This document shows, piece by piece, positions 54,203-64,000 of a DNA stretch of 64,000 bases. The stretch comes from Phoronis australis (Eukaryota > Animalia > Phoronida), in the NCBI GenBank assembly GCA_002633005.1, contig NMRA01000510.1:246225-310224 (forward strand), given 5' to 3'. Numbering within the stretch: the first letter of the stretch is position 1; each line of letters opens with the position of its first letter. The position numbers were made by a program, and so were the translations under genes. The notes under the pieces were generated by a model that saw only the letters and a list, made by a program, of their open reading frames with translations, was not told the origin of the DNA and did not search any database.

Positions 54203-54364
54203 TGGAAAGTACGGCGGACGTTGGCCTTTTCCATCCATGAACTAGCTGTGATACTGGGTCCTGAGATCACCACACAGGACCTTGTGCCTATCTTTAATGG
54301 GTTCCTGAAGGATTTGGATGAGGTTCGCATTGGCGTGCTTAAACATTTAGCAGACTTCTTGAGG
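54203..54364 (+). CDS. PPP4R1: PPP4R1 exon
   Basis: WKVRRTLAFSIHELAVILG...FLKDLDEVRIGVLKHLADFLR. Confidence 0.97.
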
Positions 54365-54758
54365 GTAAGTGTTTGAGATTTCTGTCTAGGACTAGTTCTA
54401 CAAATCAGCCATTTATTGGGTGGCATGCCTGTGTACGCTGGAAGTGTAACGACGATATCCGTGATGTTAAATTCCATTGGATATAAATGCTAAAGATACA
54501 ATCGCAAAAACGCTGTTACAGTTTTCTAAATTATTTTGTTTTATGCAAAATTAGATATTTTTTCTTGAAAATTAGGAAAGTCTTATTTTTGGTAGCCCCT
54601 GGTACAAAAAGGAATGGTTTAAAAATAATACTGAACAGTGTTCTAGAGAATAGTTCCATATGAATTGGATCAGCCATTTCTGTGATAACCTCAAAAGTTA
54701 ATACAATTGGTCAATTTTCTAGACTTCTCCATAAAATTACCGTGGTCTTGTGTTGCAG

Positions 54759-55114
54759 CTGCTGGATCCCTCACTACGCCAGCAGTACCTACCAAATCTC
54801 TCTGGATTCATGACAACAGACAACAACCGCAACTGGCGGTTCCGTCTAGAGCTGGCAGACCAGTTGATCTACCTGTGTGAACTGTACTCACCTGAGGATA
54901 TCGCCACCTACATGGCGCCCTTAGCCATGCAGCTGGCTGCAGACAAGGTGTCAGAGGTGCGCAATGTGTCATTCCGCGTGCTCAGTCTCATGCTGCGAAG
55001 ACTTCGCGATGCTGACGAGGCTGGTAGAGAGGGAGGGTGTGGACTGGCTGACGCCTACGTCAAGGACATGATAGATAAGTTTGCCAAGAGTCCCAAGTGG
55101 TTTGGCAGACAGAC
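54759..55114 (+). CDS. PPP4R1: PPP4R1 exon
   Basis: LLDPSLRQQYL...TDNNRNWRFRLELADQL...DKVSEVR...KWFGRQT. Confidence 0.96.
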
Positions 55115-55275
55115 GTAAGTATGGGTGGAAGGCACGGTAACATTGTCTTGTAACAGCTGAAGTCAAGTGATATAATAGAACATTGATTGTGGCCGAAAAA
55201 TCCAGTGTTCTTACAGATGAACTAGGCACAGTTAATGGTTAATTAGTTACACATCTTTTGCCTATTGTCATGCAG

Positions 55276-55573
55276 GTTTGCTCAGCTGTGCTACCATATC
55301 CTACACGAGAATGCCATGGGTCCAGATTCATTTGCAAGAGAGCTGCTGCCCAGCCTACTGGAGCTAGCCAATGACAGTATCCCCAATGTGAAGATTGCTG
55401 TGTCACGCAGCCTGTCCCAGAGTGTACTGCCTTTGGAATACTTCACCTGCTACCAGAACCCACACCACGAACTCCTGCTTAGTTGTGTGCAGAAACTTCA
55501 GTCGGACACTGACCGTGACGTGCGCTACTATGCAGCATTGTCGCCGCAGACAGAGATTGAGCACCATGAGACG
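55276..55573 (+). CDS. PPP4R1: PPP4R1 exon
   Basis: FAQLC...LANDSIPNVKI...LQSDTDRDVRYYA...HHET|gtaggt. Confidence 0.94.
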
Positions 55574-55574
55574 G

Positions 55575-55810
55575 TAGGTTGGGGGGTCGGTGTAGGTTGG
55601 TGGACTAGACAGAAGGGTCGGTGTTGGCTGGTGGTGGTGTAGACAGAAGGGTCTGTTTGGACTGGTGGTGGAGTTGACAGAGGGGTTGGTGTAGGCTGGT
55701 GGAGTGGACAGAAGGGTTGGTGTAGGTTGGTGGTGGAGTTGACAGAGGAGTCTATATAGGCTGGTGGAGTTGACAGAGGGATAGGTGTAGGCTACTGGTG
55801 GAGGTGATAA
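55575..55810. repeat. G-rich intronic minisatellite
   Basis: Repeats of gtaggctggtggagttgacagaggg-like units. Confidence 0.8.
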
Positions 55811-55946
55811 AGGTTGTGCGGCTGGTTTCTCTGTCAGATAAACTTTATCTTTGACCTTGTCTCTGTATGTAGTTGGTGTTTACAGATACCCTATTACTCA
55901 CATAATTCATCCATGGTTATGTCTATTCTGTTTCTTCTATTTTCAG

Positions 55947-55958
55947 GTTGCTGTATGA
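55947..55958 (+). CDS. PPP4R1: PPP4R1 probable last coding exon (VAV-stop)
   Basis: Polypyrimidine tract, tttcag|GTT GCT GTA TGA; AATAAA at 56522. Confidence 0.7.
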   Translation, partial: VAV

Positions 55959-58234
55959 GGTTCTCGGGAACTCGGACAGGAGTAACTTGCTGATGACCAT
56001 GACACGCTACATAAACCAGTAAAAGAAAACACCAAATCATGATGAGATTCTACTAATTGTGTTGACTATATTGACAAATTCTATTGTATCGTTGCTTGAG
56101 ATTACCTTGCATTGTTATTCTCCGGTTTTAGCGATTGGACGTAGCCATTTCAAAGTGGATGATTTGGAGCGTGTTTGTTGGGAGATGATCGAGCAAGAAC
56201 TTGGTTTGGCCTTGCAAGCCCCTCCCCTCCCTAAATACCATTGTGTTGAGTGTGTGGTTTTGTTTGGCTGGCCTTCAGTGAAGCTGGTCTGGTTATGATA
56301 TACCATGTGACATAGTGGACTGGGGGTATTTTTTTGCTCTGGTTCTTGAACTCAAAACTAGACTCAACTGTGTCGTTTTAGCGTAATAACGTTTACATTT
56401 AGTAAAAGACTGTGATGTTTAATTTATTGGAGACATTGGCCAAATTATGTTGTCTCAATTGTACATTTAAATGTACAATAGGCTGGAAATGGGATAGACA
56501 TATTACGTGGTGTGTAGGTGGAATAAAGGAAACTGAATTGAGAAGCTAGCTGAGATGTTTCAGTACTGGCATGATTCTTAAATGAAACTGGACGAATTGT
56601 GATTGTAGTCTTAAAAATAGTTGATTTATCTCAGTGATTCTACGAGTAAAATTCATTGCTGTGTTCAATTGCCATGAATAGACTTGTTCAATTGTAGCGA
56701 GAACCAGTATTATCGGTAATGGAGGTCACTCCAGTCAGATGTCTTTCAATGTAGAGTTGATATTTAGTTATTTGATTTTACCCTCATGAAAGTGAGCACG
56801 TCTGCACCTCTTGTGTGGACAGGTATTGTAGTAATTGCTCTAATAATTCACACATTAATAATTTTGGGTTGTTGATCACGTGTGCGTTTTTAGTTAGTAC
56901 ACATAACTCCTCAATCTACCTGCAGGGGTTGTCACTGCTGGTAGAGATGGCTACCTTTCTATTGATCAAGGTTATGTACCCCTACTTGCACTAAGTTGTT
57001 TCTTGGAATGAGTCGACACTTATCATGGTCCAGCAGGTGGTGGATTAAGAGGGGTTGTGTGCACACATTGGTAGATATAGTAGCTCACACCCTTGTAATA
57101 ATCTTTCACAGGGCTTGTCTACCTAAATAATATTTTTCTGAGAATGAATAGAAAAAAGTGCTGTAGTAAGATTAGCATTCGGTTTTACATTCTCAAAAGA
57201 AATCTTCTGTTTGGCTGTGAATTGTTGAACTTGTTTTTTATCTTGCTCTATTACTAGGTCACCTGCATTTCCGTGATAATGGAATATTACATTAATTTAA
57301 CCAATCGGATTGTTTTATTCATGTGACTGGTCTTGCTTCTTCAGGGTAGACAACCGTGTTTGTGGATCACAAAGGCGTTCTTGTTGAGGGGAATGGCAAC
57401 CGCTTTTGGTTCAATTAGGATTTTCTTGTTTTCCCGAACAAGTTTTCAAATTAATAAATGTCCCCAGGATGTAATTATGCAAAAGCTATGCTGTTTGCTG
57501 GCTGTAGATACTTAAATGATTTCAATTCACTCCAAAGGGCCCGGGTGGTTTCAGGAGGAAATTTAATTAGTGACGATCCTGAATTTGTTGAGAATGACAC
57601 CTGGAGGAGATATCCGGAACATGCAGCACTGAAGGAGGATTGTTTCCTGGCCATTTTCCCTACGAAACTTAAAAGTTTTGACGAAAATTATCCCAAAGGA
57701 TGACTTTTCGGACAAATTTCACTTACAGACTTCTACAAAAGGTTCCTGAGTTCCTTGCAAATGATGTTCTCATTGTTGGCATGACTATTATTTTTAACTA
57801 TTTGGGGGTTACTGGGTTGCCAAAAATTCCCCATGAGGAAATGGTTCGATCCTTGCAAAAGGGTTGATATTTCTGGAACAAAGCCCTTCGAAAGGGCGAC
57901 TTTTCTAACGGAAGTTCCCTACAAATTACTTCCTTTTCTGGCCCATTCTAATGGTGAATCCAAATTGTGCAGCTGGTACTCCGTCAAAATATAGTCGAGA
58001 ATCCCCTAGGCATGCTTTGCATAAGTACACATGCACGTCTTTAGTTTTTTTATATAAACCATTGGGCGGTGCAGTTGTCTATTAAGATCAGGGTCGACTT
58101 AGACAGCAAGGTCTTGTTTAATGCCCTTTTTGGCCAGTTGACAGATATTGAAAACTACTTTCCCATCCAGTTCTCTGAAACGAAATGCTGAGTAACTCTC
58201 AACAGTTAGAGTTAGAATTTTTTGAAAACTTACG

Positions 58235-59394
58235 CAGCCGATTTCATAAAGGTGGTTTAACAAAACCAGGTTTAAGACTTAAACCTGGTCTTCCTAAACC
58301 TGGTCTAATTTTAGACCTGACTTGCATTTCACCAACATGGTTTAAGAGTCTGAAAGCCTGGTTTTGCTAGACCAGGGAGCTGGTTCAGTAAAACCTGCCT
58401 TAAAGTATCAAAAGCACCCCCACTGTGTCGAGCTGGGTAAACCCAACAAAGAAACTATTGAAGTGTTTCAATGAAACCTTGATCACGTGGGTATACAATG
58501 GCATACACTAGTAGAATCGGTGCAGACATTTACGAAAAACATCTAAAAGCTTTTCTCATGAGGAAAACTGTAATTTCTGTGCCCAACACACACGCATTAA
58601 AGAACATGCTCCCGATTAGATGTAACATGTTAAATGCCCAAATTTATTTCCTTGTCATTTTAGTGTTTCTTTTTCGCGGCCAAAGGGGGGAGGCAAGACC
58701 CCTTCCTGGCAATATTGTATCGGAGAACAGTGGAGGTGAAACTCAGTCAGAAGAATCGGAAGATGTTGTCTTTAGTCAAATCCGTAGCGCTTACGACCTG
58801 CTCGACCAGTCGTATTCTGAGAAATCCGCAGGACACACTCCAGCAAGTACTGGTCTACGCATAGGCGGATCCACGGGGGTCAAGGGGTCCGGAGTCCCCT
58901 TTTTTCCCTTGATTTTAGTGATATCAAATATATAATTTTCAAATTGTTGACTTGGCCCCCTTTCAAAAAGTCCTTGACCATCCCCCTCCCCCTTTAAAAA
59001 CCTGAATCCGCCCCTGCTACGCTTGATCTTGTGTCATAGTAAAACTGAATATTGAAAATAGTCCATTTTCGCTCTAAAACTGCGTCGCAAATGCACTCCC
59101 CGGCATCATTCAGTTGTACCATGCAAGTCTGACATATTTAACAGTTAAACCTGGGTCTGACCAAGTCTAAAGTTAAACATGGTTTAAGATGTTAATACAG
59201 GTCTAAATAATATAGCCCTCGTTGGTGAAATATAAACTGACTTAGACCAGGTCTAAACTGGAGTTAAACCAGGTTTTACTAGACCACTGGTCTAAAAGTT
59301 GAACCACCTTTATGAAATGCAGATTATCTTTAAACCTGGCCTAAGTCCAGTTTAAACCAGGTTTAACTTTAAACCACCTTTATGAAATCGGCTG
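58235..59394. mobile_element. Non-autonomous TIR element (Harbinger-like) with a nested 5-bp-TSD MITE at 58860-59016
   Basis: Perfect 26-bp TIR CAGCCGATTTCATAAAGGTGGTTTAA; aaaccaggttt subterminal repeats; inner MITE flanked by CTACG/CTACG. Confidence 0.8.
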
Positions 59395-59851
59395 AAGATG
59401 TCATCAGTGTCACCGATTGCTCATACTACATCGAAATACCGACGAAATCTTGCGTCTGGTTTGTGTTCAATTTCCTGTTATTTACCAAACAGTGCTGAGA
59501 AATGAGTAATATGGGTCACATAATTTTTCTTACTTAGAAATCTCATTCCGTTGTGCTGATCTCAAATCGTATTATCTGTTATGTTAGTGATTTCATTCCG
59601 TATCTGAGTAAGGAACAAGCCGAGACATATTTGATGACGGCACCTGCAATGAATCACATAATTGCTTTTTGACAGAAGTTAGTTTACAGCAGTTTTGATT
59701 TTTTCGAAATCTCATTCTAATGTCTAGCGCATTCGCCACGGTACGTAAAATAGATTTCGGATAAAAGATTATGTAGGACATTACAGAAAAGTTTGTGTAT
59801 TTAAAACTAAGTTGAGTTGCCGATCCCCAGCTGGTCTAATTTAACGTGCCT

Positions 59852-61711
59852 TCAAAAGTCAGTAAATATTCCTTCAAAAATCTGCGCCCAACAAATGACT
59901 AACCCCACAAAAGTTCCAAAGACGCTGCATGCCACAGCGAGGACACACGAATGCTGCACTGAACTGGTCGATGTTCCTTTGTTCCCTAAACTGCAGCTTC
60001 TGTCGAAAAAATAAATCTTCTCCTCCTCTTCGTGGTTTTCAAGCGCCTGACCAAGTCGGTACCAGAACAAACGTTGGTCTTTGTGATATTCAATTGGTCG
60101 AACATCCTCCAAGCACTGAGGGACTTCCCCATCATCAACAAGAAGTGGTATGATTGTGTAATTTTTATCCTTATCTCTTGCTTTTACAATTCTTAATAGT
60201 GCTCTGTTGCTCTCACGGTCCTTACAAAAATTGTCGGTTAAAAACACGATGATATATTTACAAATGTGTTGCATTTTTAGTAGCTCTTCGATTTCGTTGC
60301 TCCCAGGTATTGTATCCCTAGATAGATAATACACACTTATGTCGATTTCATGCTCAAGGGTTTCAATGAAATCGGCGACTTGGCTGTCATCTTTCTTGCA
60401 GTACAGAACCCCAACATCGAAGGTCAGTTTTGGATTTCTACCCTGTCTAATATCGTCTGCGAGCTTACGTTTTTCTTTAGCTGCTTCATGATATCCATGT
60501 TTCTCAAGTAACTGGGACCACAATTCGTACAACTTGACATTGCGGAGCCCCTCAAACGTTTCTTCACACTTATCAAACACAACGATTGCCTTGTCGATTT
60601 CGCAATGATATTCATACGCTTTGGCGAGAGACATATATAGTACAAACAGGTCACAGTGGGCAGCAATGGCCTTTTCAAAGTTTTTAATGGCTTCACGTAA
60701 ATGTTCTTTTCTTGTTTTATCAGTTTCGTAATTTTTAAGAAACCACTGACCAAGAAGATTGAAAGAGTATCCGATTGGTTCCGCGGCAATTGCCTGAATC
60801 AAAATATAATATGCTCGACTGTCATTCATTTTAGTGTAGGCTTGACCTAATCTTCGTAATATAGTCGGATTGTGAGCAATACTGTGTGCAGTATCAAAGC
60901 ATTTCGAAGCATTGAAATCTTTATGGTGATCTTGTGCGAACTTCACGAATTGCGATAGCTTCAAAGATTCTGGATAACGACGCATTAGCATTACACCCAA
61001 ATACACCCACGCCTTGCCTTTAATGTGCAAATCTTTTTTGCTACTGCTGTCCAACAAACGTCCAGGGTCAATTTCATGGACAGCAACTGCATATAAGGTG
61101 TTAAAACACGGTCTCAACCATTTGCTTTCAACCCCTTCTGGATTACCGGAGACGGAGTCGATGCGCACATAGGTTCGTCCTAACATAAACTTCCACTCGA
61201 TAAGTTCGTGGCCGTCCACAGAACATTTTTCACCTAACTTAATTGCAGTTTGAAATTTTTCGATGATTTGTTTGTACCGTTTTTCGAAAAACGGCTCTTC
61301 CCGCAAGAGCATAAAGACGGCAGTCTCATACAAATATCTCGCGATACAAGTCTTACGCATCCTCTCTTCACTATTGTAAATCTTCTTCAATTTTTCTTCG
61401 TAGGAGCTACGCTCAGAAGTCGTCTGACTCATATGCTTCAAGTTCAGGAGGGCGTTAATGTTGTTCGGATCTCCGTGTAAGACTTCCTCATACATGCCTT
61501 GAGGACTTCGTGAACTTCCAGGACACTTCTTGTAAATAAAACCAAGAATATGCATGGTGGCATGAGACCGGAAGTGTGGTTCATTTTTGTTTTCTGATTC
61601 GCAACGTACTTTTAGGTTTTCCAATACTCGGCGATCAATGTTTCGGGCAAACTTTGCGGTAAACACACACTCTGGGGGTTGCTTTTCTTCAGGCTTTTTC
61701 CGTTTCGGCAT
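59852..61711 (-). CDS. 619-aa TPR (IFIT/TTC22-like) plus TIR domain protein with a hydrophobic C-terminal tail; single coding exon
   Basis: Uninterrupted ORF from MPKRKK; TPR-like helices (EAIKNFEKAIA, LYMSLAKAYE, KAIVVFDK); TIR FDVGVLY...RDTIPG...IIVFLTDNF...IIPLL...FWYRL; splice acceptor ttttttgtag 16 nt before the ATG. Confidence 0.88.
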   Translation of the reverse strand: MPKRKKPEEKQPPECVFTAKFARNIDRRVLENLKVRCESENKNEPHFRSHATMHILGFIYKKCPGSSRSPQGMYEEVLHGDPNNINALLNLKHMSQTTSERSSYEEKLKKIYNSEERMRKTCIARYLYETAVFMLLREEPFFEKRYKQIIEKFQTAIKLGEKCSVDGHELIEWKFMLGRTYVRIDSVSGNPEGVESKWLRPCFNTLYAVAVHEIDPGRLLDSSSKKDLHIKGKAWVYLGVMLMRRYPESLKLSQFVKFAQDHHKDFNASKCFDTAHSIAHNPTILRRLGQAYTKMNDSRAYYILIQAIAAEPIGYSFNLLGQWFLKNYETDKTRKEHLREAIKNFEKAIAAHCDLFVLYMSLAKAYEYHCEIDKAIVVFDKCEETFEGLRNVKLYELWSQLLEKHGYHEAAKEKRKLADDIRQGRNPKLTFDVGVLYCKKDDSQVADFIETLEHEIDISVYYLSRDTIPGSNEIEELLKMQHICKYIIVFLTDNFCKDRESNRALLRIVKARDKDKNYTIIPLLVDDGEVPQCLEDVRPIEYHKDQRLFWYRLGQALENHEEEEKIYFFDRSCSLGNKGTSTSSVQHSCVLAVACSVFGTFVGLVICWAQIFEGIFTDF

Positions 61712-63597
61712 TGTATCGACGTTATTCCTACAAAAAACAACACTGTCTAAGACATGGATGACAATCAACGGCGGTTTCCGAACAACTGAATTGTTCAAAC
61801 AGAGGAATCTACCTTTTTAACCCTTCAAACCTCTCTTTCGTCACTAAAACTAAGTTTTTATTTAGACCACGGTTTGAAAATGTCTCTTGGTCACAACAGA
61901 TGCGATTTTTGAGCGTAGAAAGAACTGAAAGTTCGTTATTGCATGAGACAAGATTATACAAGTTGCGTTGTCACGGAGCCCCCATCCCACTCATTCGTCA
62001 AGTAAGGTCTTAAACAAAAAACGAACTGTCAGTTCTTTGTAAAGCCAAATGTCACTCCTTATCTGAGTAAGGAACAAGTTACCAATTCGATAAAAAATCA
62101 TTCATTCACTACGGAATGCAGGTTTATTGCCGCTCTAAGCTTCCGAACCACTGAATGAATTGAGTCAAGAAAAATCATACGATCCGAAAGTTAGATAGTT
62201 TGAAAAGCTGATACTCAGTTTAAGATTATCAAGCGTGTGGCGTGCCCCCTCTGTGTAGAATTTGAAGATCACTTGTCAAGGTACTGAAACGGCCCAAGAT
62301 GTGAAAGTTGTTTAGCCTTTTCATTGTTTTACTGCCTAGACGATCTGTTCGCCGTGAAAGTTGCTATCTTTCGTTGTGTGGAATCCTTTGTAACATACTT
62401 TGCACACTGTAGCTGAGAAATTTCCCAATTTAAAAAATTGTAATCAAAATGAAATGTTTCTTTAACTGAACCATATGTTAACATAGCAGTGGTTGGATCC
62501 CACAAGAATCAAATTTTTAAAACGATATTATCTTTATTATTGATGTAATGAATGCGAAATCGTAAATGCACATGATTTACTTTCACAAAAGTTTGACAGC
62601 AAATTTAAGTAAGTTTGTGAAATTCGTGCATTAAGACCAGACTAAGTTCACTACAAATTAACACATGGCACGGAAACCGAAACCACTGAAAAAGTATGTC
62701 TATCTTCAATTTTAATCCTAATTTCCAAGATGAACGGAATTCTAACGTATATTATGTTTTCGGTAGAAAATACCTATTCTATTACTAATAGGCGGAGTTA
62801 GGAGAGGGGGGCAAGGCCTGCCTACGAACGCCCCATTGGCTTTCCGTTTTTAGGGGTCACGCGGACATTTGCCTCCCTCCACTAGGACATCCTAGACCCG
62901 CCAAAGAATTAAGGCCCCTTTAAATGGCTCGCATTAGCGTAGAAATTATTTGAGCAATATCGTGCGAACTGCATAGTGTGATCTACTGAAAAGTACATTT
63001 CCTTTTTAATCTCAAAAGTAAGCGACATACAGGAGAAAATATTTATGCAAGGCATGTTGCTCCTATCTACGTCTTTCCACACAGAATTCAGACTGTCTGC
63101 TAGCGTACACTAATTACTAAATTTATATTTCCATAACATTCAGCAGCAACTGAAACGATTTCGATGTTAATGGTCACGACTCCAGTCTTTTGTACGTAGC
63201 CGTCTTAATTTTAGATCGAGAGTTGACTTTTTTAGATTGTGAGACGAAAATTAAAAAAACCAATCCATTAAAAATTAGTACGTAGAATGTATCTGTTGAA
63301 ATCAATTCAATATGGCACATTCAAGTAGTGAAAACAATTAAATGGTCGCGCTTCTAAATTCCAGATCTGAACTCCTCGACTCCGGTCTCGTACATCAACT
63401 GAGTGAACCTGCGGTTAAAATTTCAGACCCGCGTGAACCCCTTAACTCCACACAAGCACCGAAAATGATCTATAATTATCAGGCGACCATCTGAACACGG
63501 GCAACCTGATTTATCACCCGGGCTCAGCTTCGAGTCTAGAGTACGTGGTCTTCGGATATGGAGTTTGGCTGGTCAGCGGCCCGTAAGTGTAGTTTAA

Positions 63598-64000
63598 AGG
63601 CGAAGGCAACCTTTTTCCATGTCATTTTGAGCTAAAATAAGATTGGTTGGTTATCCTAGACATATTTTCCACTTAATTACAGTTTTTCGTAATTTTATTA
63701 ATTACTCGTCCGCTCTTTCGGAAGTGACGTTTTAGGAGGCAAGCATTTCGCGCCAATTTCTTTTCCTATAGTCTGACTGTGAGAGCTGCCGAGTCAGTCA
63801 TTGTTCTACCTCGGTTGTGTTAAATTCCGTCGTCGTTTGCTTTCATTTACTAGTCAGTCAATATGCCACACTGTTGCTGCGTACCAGGATATACTAATTA
63901 TCGGCTCACGCGCGCTTTGGGAGTACCTTTGCATCGCTTTCCGATGGATGACACACTTCGCCGTACTTGGCTCGTTCATGTGAAGACCGCAGCGTTACCC
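63598..64000 (+). mobile_element. Left end of a Kolobok element with a THAP-domain ORF start at 63863
   Basis: TTAA|AGGCGAAGGCAACC, same TIR family as 18439; MPHCCCVPGYTN...LHRFPMDDTLRRTWL is THAP-like, with the second zinc-ligand Cys changed to Tyr. Confidence 0.85.

Noticed and set aside
57333-58935. ORFs of 60-145 aa between PPP4R1 and the TIR gene, and the other short ORF-track entries
   Set aside because: No recognisable domains; most lie in transposons, in introns or antisense to real exons
61712-61798. N-terminal 29 aa of the 648-aa ORF call
   Set aside because: Non-ATG start, and the region contains a strong splice acceptor; probably intron plus 5' UTR

Overview
Intron-rich animal genomic DNA from a protostome. 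The protostome-restricted miR-2 family is present, and the many miR-2 copies suggest a lophotrochozoan. Main contents: (1) seven intact exons of the 5' part of an ACSF2-like acyl-CoA synthetase (+, 1826-7199), whose 3' exons I cannot find. (2) A 42-kb PPP4R1 gene (+, 13977-55958) with 15 coding exons resolved; about two conserved exons are missing, probably in the gap at N34981. (3) A miR-71/miR-2 cluster in a PPP4R1 intron (39015-44939) with miR-71, six miR-2 paralogues and two extra candidate hairpins; the region 3' of the host stop codon has seed matches for both miRNA families. (4) A single-coding-exon TPR (IFIT/TTC22-like)-TIR protein with a hydrophobic C-terminal tail (-, 59852-61711), flanked by a 27-bp direct repeat and preceded by ISRE-like and kB-like motifs. 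(5) Many transposon relics: Kolobok, nested Tc2/pogo-like elements, hAT-like MITEs with 5-, 6- and 8-bp TSDs, a Harbinger transposase pseudogene, and Helentron-type HINEs whose internal repeats carry CTCF-like motifs. All calls come from reading and translating by eye and comparing with remembered family sequences; no searches were run.
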